Below, in pieces: positions 33,684 through 43,190 of a stretch of DNA of 43,238 bases. The stretch spans positions 1-43,238 of the forward strand of contig CAYWEI010000001.1 in NCBI GenBank assembly GCA_964457265.1, in the 5' to 3' direction. The number at the start of each line of letters is the position of its first letter. The first letter of the stretch is position 1. The notes under the pieces were generated by a model. It searched no databases, was not told the origin of the DNA, and saw only the letters and a list, made by a program, of their open reading frames with translations. The stretch is from an uncultured Candidatus Saccharibacteria bacterium. Lineage in GTDB: Bacteria > Patescibacteriota > Minisyncoccia > Phycocordibacterales > Phycocordibacteraceae. A program made the translations under genes and the position numbers.

Positions 33684-34189
33684 GTATTTATCCAGAAATA
33701 GAGTGTCGATGGTCCCGCTTCCTTTATCTGGGCTTCTTTCTCGAAGACTCCGCCATTAGCTTCTATGATTTTTCTTGATCCAAGGTTAGTAGAGTCACAG
33801 GTAAGCAAGACACGCTCGAGCCCTAGCTCTTTTGCGTGCGGAAGCGAGCGACGCAGAATTTCCGAACCGTATCCTTTTCGCCGTTCCGCGGGTTTGATTT
33901 CGTAACCAATATGCCCGCCAATCTTTTTCAAGTACTCATTGAGTTCGTGTCTGATCCGAACCGTACCGATGTACTCCTCGTGGTCAATAAGCCACAGTGT
34001 TGTCTGGGGCACATACCCTTCTGGAAGATTCTTCCCTTCAGATTGGCTTAATTCAGTCTCTATGAAGTGCGTGAAGTTGGCAGAAATCTTATCGAGATTC
34101 TTATCAACCAGCAAACCTTCCTCGTGATAAGCGCTAAGCGCCTCGATATATGATTCTTTATAACGTTCAGAAGGAAGTAAAAGCTTCAT
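33680..34189 (-). CDS. GNAT family N-acetyltransferase
   Basis: RRKGYGSEILRRSLPHAKELGLERVLLTCDSTNLGSRKIIEANGG (motif A). Visibly lower GC than its neighbours. Confidence 0.85.
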   Translation of the reverse strand: MKLLLPSERYKESYIEALSAYHEEGLLVDKNLDKISANFTHFIETELSQSEGKNLPEGYVPQTTLWLIDHEEYIGTVRIRHELNEYLKKIGGHIGYEIKPAERRKGYGSEILRRSLPHAKELGLERVLLTCDSTNLGSRKIIEANGGVFEKEAQIKEAGPSTLYFWINT

Positions 34190-34245
34190 GTGACTTATTC
34201 CGCATTGTATACCTCTGCGAGTTTTGTGGTATCGAACCTTTTGTC

Positions 34246-35157
34246 TTAAGAAAGGTCTGAGTCACGCGGTTCATTTCCTATGAACGGCCGCGGTACCAGA
34301 GCCTTGAAGGCTTCCGGCACGAACTCGATCCTTACCTTCTTTCCGAGATCCATGGTCTCCCCGTCCAGTATGAGCGGTATCTCTTCATCCGCTTCGAGCG
34401 TAACTGCCTTCGTTTTCGTGACCATGACATGCTTGTCTTCGCGCCATTTGCCGAAGGCGCCGGATGCGGCCAGGCCCAGGACTTCTCCGGCATTCTCCAC
34501 CGTTATGACGGCAGCCTCCAAAGCTCGCTCCGTCTCCTCCATCTCTTCCGAGATGAGCGGACAGATGACGGTCACGGCGTCGGCTTCCCCGCGGTTCTCT
34601 TCCGAGAATCCATATTTCACTTTCGTGGCGAACATATTCTGGAATGCCACAGCGCCTTTCTCTGCCGCCGCTTGAAGATCGCCCTCGCGCAATGCCTCTC
34701 GTGCCTGCGCCCAGAGGGCAGGCCCTCCCGCGATAGCGGCGATAAAGAATTGGTACCCGTTGGCGCTGGCGCCCGACACGGATTTCACCTGAGGATGCGC
34801 GAGGGTCTCGCGGAGCGCTTCCTCCCAGGTGCGGTCCCCATAGAATGCCTTCGGAAGCATGTTCATGGTCCCGCCCGGGAGCGGGATAAGGAGCGGTCCG
34901 CTGCTGTCGCATGCTTCGGCTCCGGTCCGGATAGTCCCGTCTCCCCCGAGCACGATAAGGACATCAGGCTTCATGCGGACGGCTTCAGAGAATGCCTGCT
35001 CCATATGATCGGCTCCTCCGCACCAGAGCTTGGGGTCCGTGATGCCGGCTTCAGTCAGGAGTGCACGCACTTTCTCTTCGGAAGAGAGGTCGCAGCTCCC
35101 GCTGGCGGTATTGAGAATGGCGGCGATGCGCGCGGTAGAGAAATCGATGATAGCCAT
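34246..35157 (-). CDS. Diacylglycerol/lipid kinase family protein (YegS/BmrU-like)
   Basis: VLIVLGGDGTIRTGAEA and PLPGGTMNMLPK motifs. Confidence 0.85.
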   Translation of the reverse strand: MAIIDFSTARIAAILNTASGSCDLSSEEKVRALLTEAGITDPKLWCGGADHMEQAFSEAVRMKPDVLIVLGGDGTIRTGAEACDSSGPLLIPLPGGTMNMLPKAFYGDRTWEEALRETLAHPQVKSVSGASANGYQFFIAAIAGGPALWAQAREALREGDLQAAAEKGAVAFQNMFATKVKYGFSEENRGEADAVTVICPLISEEMEETERALEAAVITVENAGEVLGLAASGAFGKWREDKHVMVTKTKAVTLEADEEIPLILDGETMDLGKKVRIEFVPEAFKALVPRPFIGNEPRDSDLS

Positions 35158-35188
35158 AGGAAGAATATGTCAGGAGCCGAGTGAAGAC

Positions 35189-35755
35189 TTAAGTAAGCTC
35201 ATCGAACGAACGGAGGACCGGCCAGCGGCCGTCTCCTTTTCCGCCATCCCGGCGGATCTCGAGGATCTTCACATCGGGACATACGCGAGCGACGGACGCG
35301 AGCTGGAAGACGGCGTCATCTACGAATACGAATGGCCCGGCGTGGCCTTCGCACAGCCGCTTTATAGTCCGGCCTTTCTTCTGATGCGTGTACACGATGT
35401 CGTTCAAGGGAACGTCGGTAAGGGCATTCGTCACTTTCGCGGTGATGAATGCGCGGACTCCGTAGGTCACAATGGTGCATTCCTTGGGGTGGGCAGCGAA
35501 GAACGCGACGGCATCGGGATAGAGATAGCTCTTGAGTTCGTGTCCGCTGAACCCGAACCGTCCATGGCTGAGATACGTGCCGAGCGTCCGGCTGAAGATC
35601 CGCCGCTTGGAAAGAGCGCGCGCGGGGCTCACCGCTTCCTTGATGGCATCGCCTAGCTGGCTCGCGAGCTCACCGAGACCCGGGCGCTTCGCCACGGCCC
35701 GCTTGAAGGACTCCGTATCGAAGACGGTCCGATCGAAGTCGAAGAAATAATGCAT
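35189..35755 (-). CDS. HAD superfamily hydrolase
   Basis: FDFDRTVFD (DxDxT motif I) and VFVDD (motif IV). The start is placed at MHYFFDFD. Confidence 0.6.
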   Translation of the reverse strand: MHYFFDFDRTVFDTESFKRAVAKRPGLGELASQLGDAIKEAVSPARALSKRRIFSRTLGTYLSHGRFGFSGHELKSYLYPDAVAFFAAHPKECTIVTYGVRAFITAKVTNALTDVPLNDIVYTHQKKGRTIKRLCEGHAGPFVFVDDAVFQLASVARVCPDVKILEIRRDGGKGDGRWPVLRSFDELT

Positions 35756-35825
35756 GTTTCCAGGAGTATAAAGGTACGAACATGAAGAGATGCTGTGAAC
35801 ACAACCCCGGCTCTTCTGCGGTTCC

Positions 35826-36098
35826 CTACTCGATGTCGAGCTCGATGCCGCCCACCTTCTTCGCGGCATAATTGTAGAGGAAGGCGGTGACATACCCGAA
35901 CACCAGACCCATCACTCCGTAGAGGATCGGAAGGAAGGCGATGGCAGCGATGCCGAACCATCCATTGAGCTCCCCGCTCAATGCAGCGACTACCGAGATG
36001 AAGCTGATGATGGCTCCGCCGATAAGCCCTAGGATGGAGTACAGTATGCCGAACACTTTCGATAATGATTCAGGCGCGATGCGGGTGATCTTTTTCAT
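35826..36098 (-). CDS. Small two-TM membrane protein
   Basis: Two hydrophobic spans. Protein-like 90-aa ORF. Confidence 0.6.
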   Translation of the reverse strand: MKKITRIAPESLSKVFGILYSILGLIGGAIISFISVVAALSGELNGWFGIAAIAFLPILYGVMGLVFGYVTAFLYNYAAKKVGGIELDIE

Positions 36099-36132
36099 AG
36101 GATAAGTATATCACTACGAGCCTGAGAGATAA

Positions 36133-36160
36133 TTGACATACGTATAAAAATATGTAAAGT
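36133..36160 (+). promoter_or_regulatory. Sigma70-like promoter
   Basis: TTGACA (36133-38), 16-nt spacer, TAAAGT (36155-60). GAGGAGG SD follows, then ATG 36179. Confidence 0.5.
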
Positions 36161-36178
36161 AATCCGAGGAGGTGCACC

Positions 36179-36508
36179 ATGTCAAAAGAGACGCGTGCGG
36201 GCGGAAAGTATGCCGGCAGCCATAGTACCCTCATCCCTGCAGCGGTCATTGTCTGCGACATCGCAAGCAAATGCCCAGAGGTGACACGGATCTCGCTCGG
36301 TTACATAAAAACCGGGTTGAAATCAGCTAACGGGCACAGGCGCGTAAAGATCACTCAGGATGGCGCATCGATACTGCTTTCGATACGCGACAATACCTCG
36401 CATCAGGAAGTCCGCGTCTATGCTACGGATATCCCGGCCGCAATCGAGGCTATCGCAGAAGGAGCTCGCGATAAGAACCTCAGCGTCGCGCTTGCGACAC
36501 CGCACTGA
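36179..36508 (+). CDS. Hypothetical protein (109 aa)
   Basis: Strong promoter plus SD. No family confidently recognised. Confidence 0.55.
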   Translation: MSKETRAGGKYAGSHSTLIPAAVIVCDIASKCPEVTRISLGYIKTGLKSANGHRRVKITQDGASILLSIRDNTSHQEVRVYATDIPAAIEAIAEGARDKNLSVALATPH

Positions 36509-36517
36509 GGCACTCAT

Positions 36518-36562
36518 GCCGTCCACAACGAAAGGTCGTTGGAGGACGGCTTTTCTTATTTA
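36518..36562 (+). terminator. Intrinsic terminator
   Basis: gccgtcc..acga-aaaggt-tcgtt..ggacggc followed by ttttcttatttatt. Confidence 0.65.
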
Positions 36563-36621
36563 TTACCGTTTAGAAAGGGGGTGGCAATTTGGGACGATGT
36601 TGGAACGACTCTTACCACCTC

Positions 36622-37053
36622 CTAAGAATTACCCTCAAGTCCCTTCAAGGCTAGCGCGTATGCTTCTTCAGGATTAGTTGCTGCTTGCATATCCACTACG
36701 ATTCGCTCGAAATTCTCGAGATTACTTTTCAGCTCCGCTTCGTCCATGTTTTCTGCCGGCATTGTGTTTATTTCATAGAACGCATCTTCGAGGAGGTCGG
36801 CAACTCTACTTGCCGGATCGAGATTCGGAAGAAGGTCGCGCATTCCATTGAGCGCTGTATTCATAGGAACTAAATAAGCTGCCTGCATCTTCTGCTCAAA
36901 ATTCTCCGGTCCCTCCGTAGGACTTGGTGCACGAAATGATTCCATCGAGCTCATAAGGAATACGGTTAGGTTTAGATCATTAGTATACAGCGTGCCTGAT
37001 GCTGGCAGTCTGAGACGATGTTGGAACCGTCCTAGTAGTAACTCGGTTTTCAT
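36622..37053 (-). CDS. Orphan hypothetical protein, lower GC
   Basis: 143-aa ORF. An alternative start is MSSMESF at 36954. Bracketed by 25-nt direct repeats. Confidence 0.45.
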   Translation of the reverse strand: MKTELLLGRFQHRLRLPASGTLYTNDLNLTVFLMSSMESFRAPSPTEGPENFEQKMQAAYLVPMNTALNGMRDLLPNLDPASRVADLLEDAFYEINTMPAENMDEAELKSNLENFERIVVDMQAATNPEEAYALALKGLEGNS

Positions 37054-37071
37054 GAACCCTTATAAAAAAGG

Positions 37072-37098
37072 TGGGCGCCGCAGAGTGTGCGGCGCCCA
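37072..37098 (-). terminator. Intrinsic terminator of the lipoprotein gene
   Basis: tgggcgccgca-gagtg-tgcggcgccca. The minus strand is followed by ccttttttata. Confidence 0.7.
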
Positions 37099-37115
37099 TT
37101 CGAAGAGATAATGCG

Positions 37116-37601
37116 TTACAGGGTACGACTGAAGCGGTAAGTCCGCCACGCGCGGTCGTATGTGGCGCCGTCCTCAGGACACAGCACGCTCGTGAAATTA
37201 CTCCACCGTAGCGTATCCGTTTCCTCCGTTGTTAACCTGAGTTCAGTATCGCTTCCCCACCAAGGTTCGAGCGTGTAGCTCTTGTACCGACGGGAACTTT
37301 TTCCGAAGCGCTCGAATTCAGTGCTTTTGATGCGGTAGAGCCCGCCGTCCTTACTGCGCAGTAGGACGACACCTTCGTCGACATACTGGCAGCTATAGAT
37401 CGTGCCGTGATAGCTTATGCCGATCCTAATCTTAAATTTATCAATGGCATCGCGCTCTTTAGCATCAGCCACTTGCATCCGTGGCAATTTGCTATCGAGC
37501 AACTCAGCTCCCGGCGGTGGAGCAGGAGATTTCGGACCAGGGTCGTCGTTGCAGGCTGCAGCCATGAGCGACAGAATAGCAATTCCGGTTACCTTGCGCA
37601 T
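37116..37601 (-). CDS. Lipoprotein, hypothetical
   Basis: Lipobox LSLMAAAC followed by a Pro-rich linker. Confidence 0.65.
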   Translation of the reverse strand: MRKVTGIAILSLMAAACNDDPGPKSPAPPPGAELLDSKLPRMQVADAKERDAIDKFKIRIGISYHGTIYSCQYVDEGVVLLRSKDGGLYRIKSTEFERFGKSSRRYKSYTLEPWWGSDTELRLTTEETDTLRWSNFTSVLCPEDGATYDRAWRTYRFSRTL

Positions 37602-37634
37602 GAATCGGTTTCCTTGTTTTCAAGTCTATATATC

Positions 37635-37662
37635 ATAGTAGCATGTTATATAAAATTGTCAA
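37635..37662 (-). promoter_or_regulatory. Sigma70-like promoter for the lipoprotein gene
   Basis: On the minus strand: TTGACA, 16-nt spacer, TACTAT. Confidence 0.5.
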
Positions 37663-37754
37663 TCAACAAAACATATTGGCCCCGTTGGCTAATTACTCAC
37701 TGTCCATTTCGTATTCGTATGCTCTATTAGCTGGCAGAGTAAGTGCCGGACCTT

Positions 37755-39101
37755 CTACAGATACGACATCGGGTTGAGATATGCGTCCTTCGGCGCTACC
37801 GGCATGCTCGCGTTGGCGCACGGAGTGGTGGCACCGCGGTACTGCGCAAGGGTCATGATCTGGATGCCTGAAGCGACGTATACGCCGAAGTGGAGATGCG
37901 GACCTGTGGCGTACCCGGTCATGCCTGAGTTCCCGATGACTTGCCCCGTGGTGACCGATTGGCCGCTTGAGACGGCGATCGAAGAGAGGTGCGCGTAGAG
38001 CGTCGCGAGCCCGTTCGCATGCTTTATCACTACCCACTTCCCGAATGAAAGGCAGCCAGGGGCAGAGTCAGTGTTGCCGGTGCCGAGTACGGTGCCGCCG
38101 AGCGCTGCCTGAAGCGGGGTTCCCGTGGGCATGCCGATGTCGATGGCATTATGTCCCGAGCCGTTATAGATCTGCGCGTTCGCGGTCGCGAAGGCGGTGT
38201 TTCCGAAATACTGCGTGATGCAGTGGGAGTTGCCGAGCGCGCCTGCCTTCCCTAGACAGGACTGGGCGAATGCTGCGGAGTACGGCCACGCGAGGATGCC
38301 GGTCTGGGATGTGGGCGCTGCCCCCTGTCCCACTGACTTGAGGCTGTTCTCGAGGCTCGAGAGCTCGGCTTCGAACGCCTTCTGCTGGGCGCGCTTGTTC
38401 GCAATGATGGACTGGTAGCTGCTCTCCTGGTTCTTGGTCTGAGTGAGCAGCTTATCCTTTTCCGATTTGGCGATATCGAGCGACTTCTTCTGGTTGCTGA
38501 GCTCGCTCTGGAGCGAGGTGAGATCCTTCTTCTTGGTGTTCACGTCTTCATGCTGGTGCGTAAGAGCATCCTTTGCTGATGAGAGGTTCGCGACGCTCGC
38601 CTTGAGCGCGGAATTCATGGCGGCTGCGTCATCGACTCTTACCCAGGCGTCGGCAAGGCTATCGGCGGAGAAGATCTGCTCGATGAGAGACGCGTCTCCG
38701 ATCTCGGCCATATCGCGGAGAGAACGGCCGAGCGTGCGATGATCGAGAGCGATCAGCTGCTCGGTATCCTGGATGTCGTACGAAAGCTTCTCGAGCTTGA
38801 GATTGGTGTTCGATATATTGCTCTGGGTCAGATTTATCTGAGCGCTCGTCTGCTGGCGGGAGACGTCGAGCGTCTTTATCGCGGTCTGAAGCGTCTGCTT
38901 CTGCGTGCCGATGACGTTGAGCGTCTTCTGATATTCCGCGATCTCATCCTCGATAGCTTTGATCTTCGCGTTCTGCGCGTCGATCTGCGCTTTTATCTCG
39001 TCGGCAGTCTGCGCGAACGCATCGGCCGGAACTGCGCTCATGATGCCGAGCGCGCCCAGCAGAAGGAAGAAAAGTACGAGAGATGAGCGGAACTTCTGCA
39101 T
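37755..39101 (-). CDS. M23 peptidase with N-terminal coiled coil (EnvC-like)
   Basis: Signal peptide, long Q/K/E/L coiled coil, then HNAIDIG...YAHLS...GNSGMTGYATGPHLHFGV. Confidence 0.9.
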   Translation of the reverse strand: MQKFRSSLVLFFLLLGALGIMSAVPADAFAQTADEIKAQIDAQNAKIKAIEDEIAEYQKTLNVIGTQKQTLQTAIKTLDVSRQQTSAQINLTQSNISNTNLKLEKLSYDIQDTEQLIALDHRTLGRSLRDMAEIGDASLIEQIFSADSLADAWVRVDDAAAMNSALKASVANLSSAKDALTHQHEDVNTKKKDLTSLQSELSNQKKSLDIAKSEKDKLLTQTKNQESSYQSIIANKRAQQKAFEAELSSLENSLKSVGQGAAPTSQTGILAWPYSAAFAQSCLGKAGALGNSHCITQYFGNTAFATANAQIYNGSGHNAIDIGMPTGTPLQAALGGTVLGTGNTDSAPGCLSFGKWVVIKHANGLATLYAHLSSIAVSSGQSVTTGQVIGNSGMTGYATGPHLHFGVYVASGIQIMTLAQYRGATTPCANASMPVAPKDAYLNPMSYL

Positions 39102-40550
39102 CTATCCGAGTATATCAGAAAGCGCTTGGAGCGCGGAACTGATACGTTCTGTGGATTCCTTAGGACCGAGGATATAGATGAGGGTGAACGGATCAGGAGA
39201 GCGCTCGCTGCCGGAGAGAGCGTACCTGAGGGGCCAGAGCACGCCGCCGCGCCCGCCCTTCCCGAGTGCTTCCTGGCTATCCGCGAAGGTCATGAGATGC
39301 GTCTTAGCATCTTCCATCGAGACGTCCTCGGGAAGCTCCTGCACGAGTGCCAGGCACGTCCGAAGCGCTTCCTTGGTAAGGCCGTTGCGACCGGTCGGTT
39401 CCTTAGCGACGAGCATCGCCGCCTGGAGCTCAGGCTTCACGAATAGGCACGATAGCTCTCCGTCTAGCATGTTCCTCGCCTCGAGGAAGGTGTGCGAACG
39501 CTCTTTCAGGAGCGGCAACGCCTTGCGGAGTCGCTCGGGATCCGATACTGCGAAATCACCTCGTGCCATGAATGCCTCGTCAGAGAGCATGCGCATATGC
39601 TCGCGGTTCATGAAGAGCAGCTTCTCCTCGTCGAAACGTGCGCCCGACCTCTGCACGCGGGAGAGGTCGAATGCGCCTATGAGCTCGGGGATAGCGAATA
39701 TCTCCTGCTCGGTGCCCGGATTCCATCCGAGGAGCGCGAGGAAGTTCACCATAGCTTCCGGAAGATAGCCTTCCGCGCGGTATTCGAGAAGATCCTTCGC
39801 GCCATCGCGCTTCCCTAGCTTCTTCTTGCCATCGGCCGCGAGAATGACAGGCATGGTCGCGAATACCGGCGGAGCATGCTCAAGCGCGTCGTACAGCGAG
39901 AGGAATTTCGGCGTCGATGAGATGAACTCTTCGCCTCGCATGACGTGGGTTATCTTCATCTCGATGTCGTCTATGACATGCGCGAAGTTATACGTCGGAT
40001 AGCCATCCCCCTTTATGAGTATGAAATCGTCGAGCGCCTCCTCGCCGGCTGAGAGCGGGCCACGGATAGCATCGTCCCATTCGTAGCGCTTTATGACCGG
40101 CGTCTTGAATCTGAGGGTCCGGGTTCCGTCCCATTCCATCTCCGTTTCCGGGCGATGATTCCGGTAAAGGAAGGGTCGCTTCTCATCCTCGGCCTTCTGA
40201 CGGAAAGCCTCTACTTCCTCTTCGGTATAAGGGTCCGGATACGCGAAGCCGGCATCGAGGAGCTTGCGCGCGTATGTCCGGTAGGAATCGAGGCGGGCGG
40301 ATTGGAGATAGGGCGCGTACGGTCCGCCGATATCGATGCTCTCGTCCCACTCGATGCCCAGCCACTTGAGGCACTCCATGATATGGCCGATGGACCCCTC
40401 CACCTCGCGCGCCTTATCGGTGTCTTCGAGCCTCAGGATGAATTGGCCGCCGTGCTTGCGGGCGTAGAGCCAGGAATAGAGGGCGGTGCGGACGCCACCG
40501 ACATGCATGAAGCCGGTAGGACTGGGAGCGAATCGTGTACGGACGGTCAT
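39102..40550 (-). CDS. gltX: Glutamate--tRNA ligase
   Basis: RFAPSPTGFMHVGGVRTAL..RLEDTD and KLGKRDG. Confidence 0.95.
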   Translation of the reverse strand: MTVRTRFAPSPTGFMHVGGVRTALYSWLYARKHGGQFILRLEDTDKAREVEGSIGHIMECLKWLGIEWDESIDIGGPYAPYLQSARLDSYRTYARKLLDAGFAYPDPYTEEEVEAFRQKAEDEKRPFLYRNHRPETEMEWDGTRTLRFKTPVIKRYEWDDAIRGPLSAGEEALDDFILIKGDGYPTYNFAHVIDDIEMKITHVMRGEEFISSTPKFLSLYDALEHAPPVFATMPVILAADGKKKLGKRDGAKDLLEYRAEGYLPEAMVNFLALLGWNPGTEQEIFAIPELIGAFDLSRVQRSGARFDEEKLLFMNREHMRMLSDEAFMARGDFAVSDPERLRKALPLLKERSHTFLEARNMLDGELSCLFVKPELQAAMLVAKEPTGRNGLTKEALRTCLALVQELPEDVSMEDAKTHLMTFADSQEALGKGGRGGVLWPLRYALSGSERSPDPFTLIYILGPKESTERISSALQALSDILG

Positions 40551-40552
40551 AA

Positions 40553-41695
40553 TTATTTGCTCTCGTGGGAAAGAGAGATGCGGATCGCCTCTTCCGCGAT
40601 TATGTGAGCTGCGGCGGGGTTTGCGAACCCGGCAGCGCTGGCGCTCATGCGATTCGCGATGTCAGGAGTGCTGCTGATGCGACGTGCTTCGCTGGCGAGC
40701 ACGTGCGGCGTCATGTTCCCCTCCTCGAGCACGACGGCAGCGCCCGTCTGGGCATACGAGTATGCATTCGATCGCTGGTCATGGCTCACGGACTCAGGAA
40801 TCGGCACGAGGATCGCAGGCTTCGCCCAGATCGCGAGCTCGGTGATGGTGGTCGAGCCTGCGCGAGCGATGACGACATCAGCGGCGCTCGCGGACCGCAC
40901 GATGCTCTCTGCGTTCAGATACGGGTGCGGATGATACCGTCCCTTGTTCGGATTCTTGCTCAGGATGACGTTGGCGGTGCTCGAAATGCTTTCGTAGTGA
41001 TCCTTGCCGGTCTGATGAATCACGTTAGCGAAGGAGACCATATCGGAAAGCCCGTCGAGCACCGTCTCATTGATGCGCTTGGAACCCAGCGATCCTCCCA
41101 TGATGAGCACGGTAGGCACAGGGTCGAGCGCGAGAGCTGCCTTCGCCTCATCCTTGGGCGGGAGGCGCATGAGCTCCTTGCGGATAGGGATGCCTATCCT
41201 GGCTATCTTCCCGCGGACTTTCTCGGGAAACGAGGCGATCGCGCTCTCGAATGCGACACCGATACGCGTGGCGCTTTTCGCGACCAGGAGGTTGGCGCGT
41301 CCCGGACGGGAGTCCGACTCATGGATGATGAGCGGGAGCCGCAGAAGCGATGCGGCGAGCGCGGTCGGCACGCTCGCGTAGCCGCCCTTCGAGATAACCA
41401 CGTCCGGGTAAAGCTTGAGAAGAATGAAGAAGCATTTCATCACGCCGGTAAGCGTCACGAAGATATCGGTGAAATTAGAGAACGAGACATAGCGACGGAG
41501 CTTCCCTGCGGGTGCTTGGATGAAGATTATGTCGTTCGCGAAGAGGACCGCCTCGTCGTAGGGCTTGTCAGCGATGTAATAGAGCGTAGGAGTGAGCAGG
41601 TTCCGTTCGCTGCAAAGCTCTCGCACCGCTTGCGCGATCGCGATGATGGGATAGAAATGGCCGCCCGTACCGCCGCCCGTGAAAACGATTTTCAT
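40553..41695 (-). CDS. murG: Undecaprenyl-PP-MurNAc-pentapeptide GlcNAc transferase MurG
   Basis: MKIVFTGGGTGGHFYPIIAIA and a C-terminal GT28 region. Confidence 0.95.
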   Translation of the reverse strand: MKIVFTGGGTGGHFYPIIAIAQAVRELCSERNLLTPTLYYIADKPYDEAVLFANDIIFIQAPAGKLRRYVSFSNFTDIFVTLTGVMKCFFILLKLYPDVVISKGGYASVPTALAASLLRLPLIIHESDSRPGRANLLVAKSATRIGVAFESAIASFPEKVRGKIARIGIPIRKELMRLPPKDEAKAALALDPVPTVLIMGGSLGSKRINETVLDGLSDMVSFANVIHQTGKDHYESISSTANVILSKNPNKGRYHPHPYLNAESIVRSASAADVVIARAGSTTITELAIWAKPAILVPIPESVSHDQRSNAYSYAQTGAAVVLEEGNMTPHVLASEARRISSTPDIANRMSASAAGFANPAAAHIIAEEAIRISLSHESK

Positions 41696-41730
41696 AGCCT
41701 AATAGCTAGATACTAGCATAAGCCAGGCCT

Positions 41731-42834
41731 CTACGTGCGTCGTTTGGTCCGGTGCGCGGCGATGTTGAATATGATGCCCACGGTAGCGAGCGTAGCGAGG
41801 AGCGCGGTGCCTCCATGAGAGACGAACGGGAGCGGCAGGCCGGTGAGCGGCATGATGCCGAGCATGGCGCCGATGTTCATGAAGGCCGAGAGCGTGATGA
41901 GGAGCGTGAGGCCGGTCGCGGCGTACGAACCGAAGGCGTTGCTCGCTTGCGCGGCTATCGTGAAGCCGCGCGTGGCGAACGCGAGGAACAGGAGCACGAG
42001 CAAGACGGCGCCCAGGAATCCGAACTCTTCCGCGTAGACCGCGAAGACCGAGTCGCCTACCGGCTCCGGAAGATAATTGTATTTCTGGGCGCTCTGCCCG
42101 AACCCGCGTCCCAGGAGCTGGCCTGAACCGACGGCGATCAGAGACTGCTGGATCTGGTATCCGCTGCCGAGCCCGTCATGCTCGGGGTGTATGAAAGTCG
42201 CGACACGGCTCATGAGGTACGGGCGGGTAGCGACCAGTCCTCCGAGCACGATGAGCGCCATCACGAGCAGGATGGCGAAATCCCGCCACTTCGCTCCCGC
42301 GAGGAAATAGAGCGCGGCGGAAGTCGCTCCGATGATGAGCGTAGTCGACGTGTTCGGCTGCGCGAGAAGAAGCAAGGATGGAATGCCGACGATGAGGGCG
42401 AACGGGATGAGTCCGTGCTTGAAATCCTTAAGCTTGTCTTTCGCTTGCGCCAGGAAGAGCGCAAGCATCATTATCACGGCGGGCTTCAGGAACTCTGCGG
42501 GCTGCACGGTAATGGGCCCTAGTGCGATCCAGCGCGTAGCCCCTCCTGCGTGCATGCCTACGCCGGGGATGAATACTGCCGCCGTAAGCAGCAGTGCGCA
42601 TATATAGAATGGTATGACCGCCTTCTGGATCCATTCCGGCGGCGCGAACCTTATCCCTATGATAGCTATGACGCCCGGGATGAGGCCGAGCACGAGCTGC
42701 GTGATGGCGAGACGCCCTATCGAGGAGCCTTCGCGCGCAAGGAGCCCGAGAGCGGCCGAGAGGAATATGGCGGCCCCTCCGATGACGAGGATTGCGACGA
42801 TGAGGGCGAATACTCGGTCTCCGGATAATCTCAT
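41731..42834 (-). CDS. ftsW: FtsW/RodA/SpoVE (SEDS) family protein
   Basis: Ten-TM SEDS pattern: QPAEFLKP, GYQIQQSLIAVGSG, LPEPVGDSVFA, PFVSHGGTA. Confidence 0.9.
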   Translation of the reverse strand: MRLSGDRVFALIVAILVIGGAAIFLSAALGLLAREGSSIGRLAITQLVLGLIPGVIAIIGIRFAPPEWIQKAVIPFYICALLLTAAVFIPGVGMHAGGATRWIALGPITVQPAEFLKPAVIMMLALFLAQAKDKLKDFKHGLIPFALIVGIPSLLLLAQPNTSTTLIIGATSAALYFLAGAKWRDFAILLVMALIVLGGLVATRPYLMSRVATFIHPEHDGLGSGYQIQQSLIAVGSGQLLGRGFGQSAQKYNYLPEPVGDSVFAVYAEEFGFLGAVLLVLLFLAFATRGFTIAAQASNAFGSYAATGLTLLITLSAFMNIGAMLGIMPLTGLPLPFVSHGGTALLATLATVGIIFNIAAHRTKRRT

Positions 42835-42875
42835 GTGTGTCTATTCTATATCATCGAGGCCGGAATGAACGAAAC

Positions 42876-42899
42876 GCAGCTGCCAGTGATGGCAGCTGC
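42876..42899 (-). terminator. Hairpin terminator
   Basis: gcagctgcca-gtga-tggcagctgc, a perfect 10-bp stem. Confidence 0.5.
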
Positions 42900-42908
42900 T
42901 CCTAGGTT

Positions 42909-43190
42909 TTATGAGGTCAGGGACTCGATGGCTTTCAGGAATGATTGGCGAGTCTCCGGGCTCGTCCCTTTCGGCAGGTCGATCAGGAGCTCGCTTTCAT
43001 GGCGTGCGACGATCTCAAGCGGACCGATGCCCGGAAGATGCTTCGCGAACAGTTCCTGGAGGACGCTATCCCTCGGGAAAGTCACCTTGCCTGCCTGTCT
43101 CGGGTTGAGGCGCCATCGCGTACTGTCGCTCGCGACTTTCTTCAGGTCTTCCTGGATCCTTGGCTCGTATTTCAGTCTAAGAGCACGCAT
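42909..43190 (-). CDS. Hypothetical protein (93 aa)
   Basis: AAGGAGG SD lies 7 nt before ATG 43190 (MRALRLKYEP). Confidence 0.5.
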   Translation of the reverse strand: MRALRLKYEPRIQEDLKKVASDSTRWRLNPRQAGKVTFPRDSVLQELFAKHLPGIGPLEIVARHESELLIDLPKGTSPETRQSFLKAIESLTS

